This document shows positions 1 to 11,635 of a stretch of DNA of 64,000 nucleotides, in pieces (positions within the stretch are counted from its first letter, which is position 1; every line of letters starts with the position of its first letter). The translations under genes and the position numbers were made by a program. Source of the DNA: Haliotis cracherodii (lineage: Eukaryota); contig NW_027266279.1 in the NCBI RefSeq assembly GCF_022045235.1, positions 1,860,001 through 1,924,000 of the forward strand. The letters run 5' to 3'. The notes under the pieces were generated by a model. The model was not told the origin of the DNA, ran no database searches, and worked only from the letters and a program-made list of their open reading frames with translations.

Positions 1-215
1 GTGCGGTGCGGTGCGGTGCGGTGCGGTGCAGTGCGGTGCGGTGCGGTGCGGTGTGGTTTTGGTGTGGTGTGGTGTGGTGTGGTGTGGTGTTGGTGTTGGT
101 GTTTGGTGTTGTTGGTGTTGGTGTTGGTGTTGGTGGTGTTGGTGGTGTGTTGGTTTTGTGTGGGTGTTTGTGTTTGTATTTGTGTGTGAATATGGATGTG
201 GATGTGGTGTGGTGT
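1..215. repeat. Compound microsatellite (GTGCG)n/(GTGTG)n/(GTTGGT)n
   Basis: Simple repeats visible directly; they explain the three overlapping + ORFs at 1-245. Confidence 0.95.
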
Positions 216-979
216 AAGCGTTTTGGATTTGGCACAGAATATTGATCAAAGTGGGTTTTTTCGACAATGATATATGTGGATTTCACACCCAAGGCATGCA
301 ACTCTGCAGAGCAAAGGGAGAAGTCAGAGCTTTAAAGCATGAGCCAGACAGGAGCCAGACAATCTGCTTGGGACCGACTAAACATGTCCAGAGAACGAGA
401 AATATTTCGTTTAAACCCTAAGGACAAATTCTTTTACAGCATTTTCGGTAAAAGATGATTTTTTTTAAACATTTGATTGCAATTCAAGTTCATGTACAAC
501 ACCCACATGAAGCCCTTCCTAGGTGACCCCCGCCATGATGTCACTGAAAGTGAACTATGAACATCCGCACCATTTATTGCACCAGTTTCCCTTACAAAGT
601 ATCACTTTAAGATGACATTCTTATTTCTGCTTTTCTTTGCAGGCATGCGTGTTCAAAACCTGACGATCCACGCCAAGACATCAATCTATACCTCATAATT
701 TCAAACGGAGTCGTGAACGTGACACATCATTGTTTACCTTGTCATCTGAATATTATTAAATTAGAAATGAAGTTTCAACGTAACAAAAACTCGGTTTAGA
801 AGTAAACTGTGTTGAGCCATTGAGTCTTTGCAGCGCCTGAAACGTACCTACAATGGTGTTCAGCAATGTCGAGGTCAACACCAGATATTGATAGGAACAA
901 ATCATCCACGTAGAACCCTTAGCTAGAAGCAATACAAGGGATTGAAAAAACTCTTTACAAGGACCTATATGCAAGTGCC

Positions 980-2116
980 ATGATGTCAAATACATCAGTT
1001 GTCAACACCACCGAATATATAATAGCTTCATATATTGACTTATATGTCCCTCCAATTTTGGTTGTAATGGGAACAATTTGTAACGTTTTGGTTGTCATGG
1101 TAATGCAGAGTCGTTATTTCAGGAATGTGTCGACCTCCTTCTACATGAGCGTAAATGCAATCACTGACATTGCAAGCCTCGATATCGCTCTGCCCGTTCA
1201 TTGGCTGTACGTAAATTATCCATGGATCTTTCTTCGTAATCCTGAGTTTGACGATATGTGCAAATTTTTCAATTTCTTTGGATGGGGATCTAGTGACTTT
1301 GGAATTATTTTGACCGTTGCTATGACAACTGAAAGGGCAATCGCCATTACATTTTCTTTACAAGCCAGTAAATGGTGCAGCAGGAGACGGGCAAGGGTTG
1401 TGATAGTCGTGCTCTTCTTCGTTATTGTGGTGAAGGAAGTTCATTTCTTGTTCAAGTCTGTTATCGTCCCGAAAGATCAGACAGATGTGCTTTGTTATGT
1501 TGACCTGAGCAACCCTCATTATCAATATTTTTATTCAAGTGTCTGGCCATGGGTCCACAACATGTTTCTTCTTCTTTCCTTTGCGATAATCATGGTGAGC
1601 AACCTCGTGATTTTCAAGAACGTGAGGAAATCGGGAAACAGTACCGTTTCCGGCAGAGGTCAGAAGAGTGTTAGGAACAAGACGAAGATAGACTCACGCG
1701 GTCGGCAACTGTCCGTCATGCTGATAATAGACTCATTTACGATTGTCGCATGCACAGTCCCCTTCTCTATTTTTACGACACGCCCAAGCACGCTTTCAGA
1801 TTTTGGCAGCTCTCCACAACAACAAGGGTTAGGCAATCTGTTATTTGGGATATCGTTTTATTTGCTTTACATTAACAGGTGTGCGAACTTCTACCTGTAC
1901 TGTGTAAGTGGGGGACGATTTAGACAGGCACTTAAACAGATCTTGTGTTGCCACAAACGTGCTCTGCCAAGGCGTAGTGTCATTGGGACCATCAGCAGAT
2001 CTAGTTTAAATGATGATACAACGGCAAACGGGAGACGGAATTCCCAGTTTTCAACCACATCTGACATTGTGTCAACAGCATTCACAGCATCTGTGATAAC
2101 GTTGTGTACAAGATGA
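980..2116 (+). CDS. Class A (rhodopsin-like) GPCR, FMRFamide-receptor-like/orphan peptide or chemosensory receptor group, 378 aa, intronless CDS
   Basis: Seven hydrophobic segments. N-terminal N-glycosylation sequons (NTS, NTT), TM1 GTICN, TM2 Asp (AITD), TM3 Cys (MCKF) and ERA in place of DRY, ECL2 Cys (LCY), TM6 CTVP, TM7 NFYLY, helix 8 FRQAL plus CC, Ser/Thr-rich tail. A strong splice acceptor (ttatttctgcttttctttgcag, ending at 642) suggests an upstream non-coding exon. Confidence 0.93.
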   Translation: MMSNTSVVNTTEYIIASYIDLYVPPILVVMGTICNVLVVMVMQSRYFRNVSTSFYMSVNAITDIASLDIALPVHWLYVNYPWIFLRNPEFDDMCKFFNFFGWGSSDFGIILTVAMTTERAIAITFSLQASKWCSRRRARVVIVVLFFVIVVKEVHFLFKSVIVPKDQTDVLCYVDLSNPHYQYFYSSVWPWVHNMFLLLSFAIIMVSNLVIFKNVRKSGNSTVSGRGQKSVRNKTKIDSRGRQLSVMLIIDSFTIVACTVPFSIFTTRPSTLSDFGSSPQQQGLGNLLFGISFYLLYINRCANFYLYCVSGGRFRQALKQILCCHKRALPRRSVIGTISRSSLNDDTTANGRRNSQFSTTSDIVSTAFTASVITLCTR

Positions 2117-2659
2117 ACTATTTTAAAATTATAAATGGTTTGTTCTGATGCGTACCTCCATTACACCAATTTAAGAGTGTTATACGATCGTCAGTTATTT
2201 CTCTTCGAGCAGAATAAATACTGTACATGGCTGTGGTTTTGCGTTTCTACACATGCTCCTAAATGTGTCAAAATCACTTCAGATCGGTGTGTAACTGGAG
2301 GCACGGGTGACCAAGTCGTACAAGGCGCCGCACTCCGGGCAGAGATGCGTCAACGCGGCGTGAAAGAAACCGATGACGGCGGTTTCGAATTCCAGTTGCG
2401 CCTGGATTATGTAAAAAGGTTTGTCAGCACCACTCTTGGCTGCAGTAAAGTGGTAAAAGCCTAAGACCTGCATCTCGGCATTATAGAGGGATTTATAAAA
2501 AAGGCTCTATGGTATTTTCTCAAATCTCTTGCATTTACCACTTCAACTGCTTGAACTTCATGATCACTTTTAGATGACCCAGTAGTGCACTGTTATTTTT
2601 TGCTGAATTGTCAGTTGCATCATCATCATCATCATAATAATAATAATTAGAAGAAGAAA

Positions 2660-3600
2660 AATGACCACTGCATGGAGTGTATGTGCAGTGTGTTGAGAAG
2701 ATGAGAAATCATGCAGAGTCCTTCGCTTGGATGAAGTCGTCTGGCCTGAAAAGTGAAACAGAAGGCTTTCTGTTTGCCGCTCAGGACCAGTCACTTCCCA
2801 CTCGAAACCGTCAATGTGTGATTTTACATCAAAATGTAAATATGAAATGTAGATTATGTAATGAATTTAATGAGACTGTCAAACACATTGTTAGTGGATG
2901 CCCAGCTTTGGCACAAACACAGTATCTTAAAGGACATGATGGTGTAGCTCGATCATTTTATTACCGTCTTCACCATGCTTGTGGTTTTGATACAGAGGTC
3001 CACCCACGGTACGACCCGGAATATGGATAGGGCGTCATGGAAAATGATAACACAACATTCTTTGGAATAGGCCCATTTACAGCCTTAGACGTATCCAGGC
3101 CAACAAACCTGATCTTGTCCTTTTTTATAAATCCAATGAAATAATTGATATCATTGAATTTTCTGTCCCCTTTGACCCTTATGTGATTGACAAGATTGAG
3201 GAAAAACATGGCAAATACGCGGAACTCGCCTTTGAAATGTCATGCTTGGATCCAAAGTACAAAGGTGTCCGACTCCCCATTGTTCTCGGTGCCTTAGGTT
3301 TGGTACCTCCCAATCTGTTGACTGACACCAGGAGAGTACCCAGGTTTGCTACAGCCCTTCTGACACTCTGGGTAATGCAGAAGGCTGCACTGTTGGGGAG
3401 TCTTCACATTCTCCGAAAAGTTCTGGGTGGGTTTGACTAGGCAGCGCTTCCTGGGAGAAGTCCCATTCGCTGTCCGGGCTGCGTGAAGAGGGGGCAAGGG
3501 TCCTGAGCTGATATTGAGCCTAACCAGTCTGACTGTGCCAGGATCACCCAAACCCTCTTTGCTGCATTTATTTTACTCTGTAAATAATAACAATAATTAA
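2660..3600 (+). mobile_element. 5'-truncated, frameshifted R4/Dong-like (RLE-endonuclease) non-LTR retrotransposon
   Basis: Translated fragments give AAQDQSLPTRN, the CCHC knuckle CRLCNEFNETVKHIVSGC, (R)HD, KPDLVL..IIEFSVPFD, KHGKYAEL, IVLGALG and MQKAALLGSLHILRKVL, the typical C-terminus of this clade. Flanked by (CAT/AAT)n on the left and (AAT)n on the right. Confidence 0.82.
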
Positions 3601-4074
3601 TAATACCTGTTCATAAAACTATTTATATAGTGCCCAATATCAATAATAAGATGCTTAACGATCCTCATAATATATAGAACAATTTACACAAAAAGAAGAT
3701 GTGCAGAACAGATTGGCTTGACTGGGTGCCAATGAAGGGATTGCAGACAAGGATAAGACACAAGCCGATGAGATGTTGAAGAAAAGTGAATTGCAGTAAT
3801 CCAACAGTGGGTGTAAAGGAAACATGATTTGAAGAGAGATTTGACTATGTTGTGCCTGATGGATTCTGATATTTAAGGCTCATGTCAACACATAAAGATA
3901 GATTGTTTTTCGTTTTTTAAACTGTTGCACAAAATGCTGGGAAAACTTATTTAGCCTTATGTTTTATATCTGAAGTCTGTAAAAGATGTGTTTTGGCCCC
4001 TCCTTTCAGAGAAAAGATGTATATCTTAAGAATATTAAATGATTGGTCCCATTTTTTCAAATAGAGAGGTCGTT

Positions 4075-6663
4075 CTAGGAAACACGTATTGCCCGGTCCA
4101 GATTCTGCCAGAACACTTCTTGACCATCCAGATCATCCGTGTACTCTACATAGGAATCTTGACGCATCAACTCCACAATATCGGGAGGCAGGTCCTTTAC
4201 AGGGATGTTCTCTAGGATTACAACCAGCAGTGTGTTCCGTCCAGTGTAGATACTCTCCATCTTGGCCATCTCAACTTCGTACTTACACCAGTAGCTCCTC
4301 AAGAAGTGTCTGGACAGGATGATCACAGTCTTCCTGCTGGATTTGACAGCGTTCAGGATGTTGGCTGCAATAGCCTCTCCAACGAGGAAATCTCGGTGAT
4401 GGATACAGAGCTTTAGTCCTTGCATCTCTTCAAGCTTCTGCCTCATGTCCCTTACCACAAGTCCACGGTCCTCGTCAGCGTAGGATATGAAGGCATCAAA
4501 CTCGAACTCCTGTTCCGCCTCTACAGCAGGCAGGTACCCTCTGTGTCTGTTCCGGGCAACGTAGTAGAGGTACCTCAGTTTCCACCTGTATCTGTACACG
4601 ACGCCTGTCACGGTTAATGCCAAGACCAGCATAATGAGACTGACCATCCCAATCACCACCCCAGTGTACGATGCACAGTTCTTCTCTAGTTCCATGATGA
4701 TTTCTGGTAGATTGGCCATGTTCTTTTCGCCACCATCTACCTCTGTACAGGATAGTTCCTCCATATCATAAACACTACTGCCTTTCATGTTTAGCCACTT
4801 TAAGAAGCTCAGCGTCTCACATGTACATCTCCATCGGTTCTTATGAAGCATTATAAGCAATCCTTTTCTTTTATTGTCATCAATCTGATTTCTAAAGGTT
4901 ACATCAAGCTGCTCAAAGAGATTTTCAGAGAGGTCCAAAAGTTTCAGATTCCTCAGATCCCCAATGTTGGCATTCCACGTATTCAAATAATTGGACCGAA
5001 CACTCAGGTATTTGAGACATTCTAAGCCCTTAAAAATGTCCCTTGGAAGAGTATTTAGTTTATTATTTGCTAGGTCCAGATGTTCAAGATTGGATAGCTT
5101 ACGAAATGTTTCATTCTGTAATGAGTAGCCAAGATAATTGTAGCTGATGTTCAGTATTCTCAAGGAAAGGAAATCATCAAAGAAGTGTGTGCTTATTAAG
5201 TCACAATAATTGTGCGATGCATCAATGAATTCCAGATGATGAAGCCCGAAAATCGGCCCAGACCACTGTGTAAAAAAATTATAAGACAGATCCAAAACCT
5301 TCACTCTGTTTTCACCAAATGTAATTCTAGGGATGATGAAACTCAGTTTTGAGTTGCTGACGTTTGCATGTGTTCCATTCGGTGGAATATTAATGGTGAA
5401 ATTTCCCGGCCACGGTATGTCATCAACAGAAACATCTCCAAATTGAGAAAATTCATGTTTATTTGAGTTGGCGACAGGGCAAATTGTACTGCAACTCTCG
5501 TCATGTCGTGAGATGTCAGCATAATCCATATGAGGGTTTGTGAGGATAGAAACAAGTTGAGCTTTTGCTTGTACTGAAAATGGACGAGCATGAGACAAAT
5601 GACCTGAAGAACTATCCACAAACTGCAGGTTGGTCATTGATGTCATTGTTAGAAGGTAAATACCAAACAAAAACATGTTTCTTCGCATGGAAACAGTTTT
5701 AAGGGTTTGAGGCATGAGGACGGGCACTCGAGGATCCAGTAATTCTATCCGGTTGTCATCTAGATGTAATTCCTCAAGGACCATATCAGACATATATTTT
5801 ACGTGTTCCACAGATACGAGAATGCCAGTTCCCCGATATCTGTTAAGTTTATCTGCTTTTAGAATTTTCAATGAAGAATTACGAAGACCGTACAAACTCG
5901 CAAAAGCCTTGTCCAACCCAAGATAGGGATTGTGGGACAAGTCTAACGTGTGAATGTTTTGGAGAGGCTCAAATGCAGATTGACCAATATCAGTTATTTC
6001 ACAATTTGTAATATCGAGGTGCGTTATTCCACTCAAATAGCGGAATGTTACATTTGACACGTGTCTCATGTCACAAATCCCTCCAATCATCAGCCTTGTG
6101 ATATTGGTGTATTTAAATCCTTCTCCAAACACTGGATTCCTGAGCCCATCTATGTGAAGTTCCTCAAGGGAAACCAAATCTTTAAAGGTTCCATCTGGGT
6201 ACTGTAGTGGATCATTCAAAGGGGCTTTCTTTTTTGGTGGATGATTGTTATTGACTGTCAGCACCCGTAGTTTTTTCTGGGAGCGGAACAAACCCAATGG
6301 GTAAACCTTTTTGGACAGACGTAATTGATTGTCACTGAGATTGAGAACCTGCAATTCAGAAAGTCCGGCAAAGTCATCACGACCAAGTTGATTCAGGTTA
6401 TTGAATGATAAATCAAGTCGCTTTAGGAAAGTGTAGTTTCTCAATCCCTTGCCAATGCACCAAATTTTGTTATGAGCCAGTGTCAAGTTCGTGGTATCGT
6501 GCGGGAGTTTTCTGGGAACGGATGACAAGTTTCGGTTTGTACAGTCGGCAGTGATTGTGTCACTGGTTTCCGAACACCGACACAGCTGACAATCCCTTGC
6601 AAGACGAAATTCACCTGTTACCAGAGCCACTGTTAAATACAGGATCTGCAAACAATAAAACAT
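4075..6663 (-). CDS. TLR: Toll-like receptor (single-cysteine-cluster/vertebrate type), 862 aa, intronless CDS
   Basis: First ATG is at 6663 (the ORF track starts at a TTG at 6669). Signal peptide MFYCLQILYLTVALVTG, LRR-NT (CQLCRC..ADC), many LxxLxLxxN LRRs, LRR-CT (NRWRCTC..LKWL..C..C), TM helix (VVIGMVSLIMLVLALTVTGVVY), TIR domain with box1 FDAFISY, box2 LCIHHRDFLVG and box3 FW. Confidence 0.97.
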   Translation of the reverse strand: MFYCLQILYLTVALVTGEFRLARDCQLCRCSETSDTITADCTNRNLSSVPRKLPHDTTNLTLAHNKIWCIGKGLRNYTFLKRLDLSFNNLNQLGRDDFAGLSELQVLNLSDNQLRLSKKVYPLGLFRSQKKLRVLTVNNNHPPKKKAPLNDPLQYPDGTFKDLVSLEELHIDGLRNPVFGEGFKYTNITRLMIGGICDMRHVSNVTFRYLSGITHLDITNCEITDIGQSAFEPLQNIHTLDLSHNPYLGLDKAFASLYGLRNSSLKILKADKLNRYRGTGILVSVEHVKYMSDMVLEELHLDDNRIELLDPRVPVLMPQTLKTVSMRRNMFLFGIYLLTMTSMTNLQFVDSSSGHLSHARPFSVQAKAQLVSILTNPHMDYADISRHDESCSTICPVANSNKHEFSQFGDVSVDDIPWPGNFTINIPPNGTHANVSNSKLSFIIPRITFGENRVKVLDLSYNFFTQWSGPIFGLHHLEFIDASHNYCDLISTHFFDDFLSLRILNISYNYLGYSLQNETFRKLSNLEHLDLANNKLNTLPRDIFKGLECLKYLSVRSNYLNTWNANIGDLRNLKLLDLSENLFEQLDVTFRNQIDDNKRKGLLIMLHKNRWRCTCETLSFLKWLNMKGSSVYDMEELSCTEVDGGEKNMANLPEIIMELEKNCASYTGVVIGMVSLIMLVLALTVTGVVYRYRWKLRYLYYVARNRHRGYLPAVEAEQEFEFDAFISYADEDRGLVVRDMRQKLEEMQGLKLCIHHRDFLVGEAIAANILNAVKSSRKTVIILSRHFLRSYWCKYEVEMAKMESIYTGRNTLLVVILENIPVKDLPPDIVELMRQDSYVEYTDDLDGQEVFWQNLDRAIRVS

Positions 6664-6734
6664 ATGCAAATAATTTGTAAATTAATACACGTATCATGCA
6701 TGATAAAATGACACTGTCATTCTGAATTACGGGG

Positions 6735-6985
6735 TGGGGGCACGGGTTACCTTGTCGTCTAATGCAGAGTTGCGTCCCTTGGGTTTCTAGGTTTGTCAGC
6801 ACCATACCGTGCTCGTGCGTTTCACCAAAGTCGTGCACTTCAGAAATCTGCATCACCTCGGGCTTTCCTCCCACATAAAGCTGGAATATAACTTCAAAGT
6901 AGCACTCACTCACTCACTCACTCACTCACTCACCCACCCACCCGCCCGCCCACCCACTCTCTCACTCACTCACTCACCCACTCAC
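6735..6985 (+). mobile_element. Internally deleted SINE family D copy with expanded (ACTC)n tail
   Basis: Matches the copies at 35190 and 61488 (gcagagttgcgtcccttggg..gtttctaggtttgtcagcaccatacc..gggctttcctcccaca). Lies about 70 bp upstream of the TLR ATG. Confidence 0.7.
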
Positions 6986-7964
6986 GTGATGAAAGCTATA
7001 ATTCTTCCATGATCCCTCTATTCTAAACCTGGCAACATACATGTTCCATTCTATTCAGGATCTTGGATGTTTATGAGACATGACATGAAACTAAAAAGAT
7101 GATAGTCTCAGGAAACTCAAGTGTTTATCATTCCTTCAATCTAAGAGACAGGCTACCTTCAGTACAAATTGGTATACAACAAACGTACTGTGATTAAAGC
7201 AAGATTTATTTTAAATAGATACATGACACATTGTCAAGTGATATTCATTTTTATGTCCCGATCGAAGTTCAAGGCAAGGTCGGGCGGCGCTCTCATACCC
7301 ATGACTTGTGTATCTTGCCCACACAGGATTACTTTCAGGCCGCTTTAGTATCGCTGGAATATTACCAGAATGCACCCGAAAATAACATCTGTGTGTCACC
7401 GTAACTAATTTACCTTTTGGTTATAAATGTTTTCCAAAGTCAAATTTAACTGTGATCATTTTCTTATCACTTTTTCAAGCACACAAATCTACTCTCCCGT
7501 TCTTGAAGGTTTAAAGTGTATTTATGTTTACCGTGACTAAAAAACAATCTAATTTTCTTTTCAAAATTTATTATTATAATTTTTCCAAACAATTTTGTGT
7601 TTTCTTTACAGACTGTCATTTGAGAATTGACTTTCGGTTTTGGGCCATCATCAAACCTGTATCAACACATAACTTTTACCATCTCATTCTTATGGGAGAC
7701 AATATTGTTATGTTCGTTTTTGTTGTTGAATTTGTTGAGAAGTTAATTATCTTTTAATAAAGTCGACCTCGTCATGTTTGTGACAACTCTCCAACGTCAG
7801 GGTGCACGTGTGGTCCACATTTCTCGAGATTTGCCGTGCTAGGACCGGATAATCGTGGGTTCGAATCCAAGATTAACTCTGATAATGAGTGCCATGCTCG
7901 CTGGTTTCACCAAATTCATTCTTGGCTTACCCTTCACGTCAACTGGAATATTGTTGCAAAGGTC

Positions 7965-8075
7965 AGAGGGCCAAAGCTTGACGCCGGAGCTTCAACGTCG
8001 ACGACACCAGTGCTTCAGACACTTGCAGTGGGCAGCATATTAGTTAAAATGGGTCCTTTTCACTGACGAGTCTCA
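7965..8075 (+). mobile_element. Short Tc1-like transposase remnant
   Basis: Translates as LTPELQRRRHQCFRHLQWAAY*LKWVLFTDES, resembling the Tc1 W..VLFxDES first catalytic-Asp motif. Confidence 0.45.
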
Positions 8076-8179
8076 ATGTTAATATGATCCCTCGGCTCAC
8101 CGATCGATTGGGTAAAATGGAACGAATCCTTCAAATCCTCCAACAACGTTGAAGGAACTCCTGCTAGTGGGGTAGTGGG

Positions 8180-11100
8180 GTATGTGACGTGGTATGTGAC
8201 GTGGTATGTGACGTGGTATGTGAAGTGGTATGCCATGGAAGTGGGGAGGATGAATGGGTGAGTGAAGTGGTATGTGAAGTGGTATGCCATGGAAGTGGGC
8301 AGGATGAGTGGGTGTGTGAAGTGGTATGCCATGGAAGTGGGGAGGATGAGTGGGTGAGTGAAGTGGTATGCCATAGAAGTGGGGAGAATTAGTGGGTGAG
8401 TGAAGTGGTATGCCATGGAAGTGGGGAGGATGAGTGGGTGTGTGAAGTGGTATGCCATAGTAGTGGGGAGGATGAGTGGGTGAGTTAAGTGGTATGCCAT
8501 AGAAGTGGGGAGGATGAGTGAGTGAGAGAAGTGGTATGCCATGGAAGTGGGGAGGATGAGTGGCTGTGTGAAGTGGTATGCCATGGAAGTGGTGAGGATG
8601 AGTGGGTGAGTGAAGTGGTATGCCATTGAAGTGGGGAGGATGAGTGAGTGAGTGAAGAGGTATGCCATGGAAGTGGGGAGGGTGAGTGACTTAGCGAAGT
8701 GGTATGCCATGGAAGTGGGGAGGATGAGTGGGTGAGTGAAGTGGTATGCCATGGAAGTGGGGAGGATGAGTGGCTGTGTGAAGTGATATGCCATGGAAGT
8801 GGGGAGGATGAGTGAGTGAGTGAAGAGGTATGCCATGGAAGTGGGGAGGGTGAGTGACTTAGCGAAGTGGTATGCCATGGAAGTGGGGAGGATGAGTGGG
8901 TGAGTGAAGTAGTATGCCATGGAAGTGGGGAAATGAGTGGGTGTGTGAAGTGGTATGCCATGGAAGTGGGGAGGATGAGTGGGTGAGTGACGTGGTATGC
9001 CATGGAAGTGGGGAAATGAGTGGGTGTGTGAAGTGGTATGCCATGGAAGTGGGGAGGATGAGTGCGTGAGTGAAGTGGTATGCCATGGAAGTGGGGAAAT
9101 GAGTGGGTGTGTGAAGTGGTATGCCATGGAAGTGGGGAGGATGAGTGGGTGAGTGAAGTGGTATGCCATAGAAGTGGGGAGGATGAGTGGGTGAGTGAAG
9201 TAGTATGCCATAGAAGTGGGGAGGATGAGTGGGTGAGTGAAGTGGTATGCCATGGAAGTGGGGAGGATGAGTGGGTGAGTGAAGTAGTATGCCATGGAAG
9301 TGGGGAGGATGAGTGGGTGAGTGAAGTAGTATGCCATGGAAGTGGGGAGGATGAGTGGGTGTGTGAAGTGGTATGCCATGGAAGTGGGGAGGATGAGTGG
9401 GTGAGTGAAGTAGTATGCCATGGAAGTGGTGAGGATGAGTGAGTGAGTGAAGTAGTATGCCATGGAAGTGGGGAGGATGAGTGCGTGAGTGAAGTAGTAT
9501 GCCATGGAAGTGGGGAGGATGAGTGGGTGAGTGAAGTAGTATGCCATGGAAGTGGGGAGGATGAGTGGGTGAGTGAAGTAGTATGCCATGGAAGTGGGGA
9601 GGATGAGTGGGTGAGTGAAGTAGTATGCCATGGAAGTGGGGAGGATGAGTGGGTGAGTGAAGTAGTATGCCATGGAAGTGGGGAGGATGAGTGGGTGAGT
9701 GAAGTAGTATGCCATGGAAGTGGGGAGGATGAGTGAGTGAGTGACGTGGTATGCCATGGAAGTGGGGAGGATGAGTGGGTGAGGGAAGTAGTATGCCATG
9801 GAAGTGGGGAGGATGAGTGGGTGAGTGAAGTAGTATGCCATAGAAGTGGGGAGGATGAGTGGGTGAGTGAAGTAGTATGCCATGGAAGTGGGGAGGATGA
9901 GTGCGTGAGTGAAGTAGTATGCCATGGAAGTGGGGAGGATGAGTGGGTGAGTGAAGTAGTATGCCATGGAAGTGGGGAGGATGAGTGGGTGAGTGAAGTA
10001 GTATGCCATGGAAGTGGGGAGGATGAGTGGGTGAGTGAAGTGGTATGCCATGGAAGTGGGGAGGATGAGTGGGTGAGTGAAGTAGTATGCCATGGAAGTG
10101 GGGAGGATGAGTGGGTGAGTGAAGTAGTATGCCATGGAAGTGGGGAGGATGAGTGGGTGAGTGAAGTAGTATGCCATGGAAGTGGGGAGGATGAGTGGGT
10201 GAGTGAAGTAGTATGCCATAGAAGTGGGGAGGATGAGTGGGTGAGTGAAGTAGTATGCCATGGAAGTGGGGAGGATGAGTGGGTGAGTGAAGTAGTATGC
10301 CATGGAAGTGGGGAGGATGAGTGGGTGAGTGAAGTAGTATGCCATGGAAGTGGGGAGGATGAGTGGGTGAGTGAAGTAGTATGCCATGGAAGTGGGGAGG
10401 ATGAGTGGGTGTGTGACGTGGTATGCCATGGAAGTGGGGAGGATGAGTGAGTGTGTGAAGTGGTATGCCATGGAAGTGGGGAGGATGAGTGGGTGAGTGA
10501 AGTGGTATGCCATAGAAGTGGGGAGGATGAGTGAGTGAGTAAAGTAGTATGCCATGGAAGTGGGGAGGATGAGTGGGTGAGTGAAGTAGTATGCCATGGA
10601 AGTGGGGAGGATGAGTGGGTGAGTGAAGTAGTATGCCATGGAAGTGGGGAGGATGAGTGGGTGAGTGAAGTAGTATGCCATGGAAGTGGGGAGGATGAGT
10701 GGGTGAGTGAAGTGGTATGCCATAGAAGTGGGGAGGATGAGTGGGTGTGTGAAGTGGTATGCCATGGAAGTGGGGAGGATGAGTGAGTGAGTTAAGTGGT
10801 ATGCCATGGAAGTGGGGAGGATGAGTGGGTGAGTGAAGTAGTATGCCATGGAAGTGGGGAGGATGAGTGGGTGTTAGACGTGGTATGCCATGGAAGTGGG
10901 GAGGATGAGTGAGTGTGTGAAGTGGTATGCCATGGAAGTGGGGAGGATGAGTGGGTGAGTGAAGTGGTATGCCATAGAAGTGGGGAGGATGAGTGGGTGT
11001 GTGAAGTGGTATGCCATGGGAGTGGGGAGGATGAGTGAGTGAGTTAAGTGGTATGCCATGGAAGTGGTGAGGATGAGTGGGTGAGTGAAGTGGTATGCCA

Positions 11101-11635
11101 TGGAAGTGGGGAGGATGAGTGGGTGAGTGAAGTAGTATGCCATGGAAGTGGGGAGGATGAGTGAGTGTGTGAAGTGGTATGCCATGGAAGTGGGGAGGAT
11201 GAGTGGGTGTGTGAAGTGGTATGCCATGGAAGTGGGGAGGATGAGTGGGTGAGTGAAGTAGTATGCCATGGAAGTGGGGAGGATGAGTGGGTGAGTGAAG
11301 TAGTATGCCATGGAAGTGGGGAGGATGAGTGGGTGAGTGAAGTAGTATGCCATGGAAGATGGGAGGATGAGTGGGTGAGTGAAGTAGTATGCCATGGAAG
11401 TGGGGAGGATGAGTGGGTGTGTGAAGTGGTATGCCATGGAAGTGGGGAGGATGAGTGGGTGAGTGAAGTAGTATGCCATGGAAGTGGGGAGGATGAGTGG
11501 GTGAGTGAAGTAGTATGCCATAGAAGTGGGGAGTATGAGTGAGTGTGTGAAGTGGTATGCCATAGAAGTGGGGAGGATGAGTGAGTGAGTGAAGTGGTAT
11601 GCCATGGAAGTGGGGAGGATGAGTGACTGAGTGAA
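8180..11635. repeat. 42-bp G-rich minisatellite, ~80 copies (GAAGTRGTATGCCATGGAAGTGGGGAGGATGAGTGGGTGAGT)
   Basis: Tandem units visible directly; 14-aa periodicity in every ORF across it; a few 41-bp variants (gggaaatgagt) near 8930-9100. Confidence 0.98.
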
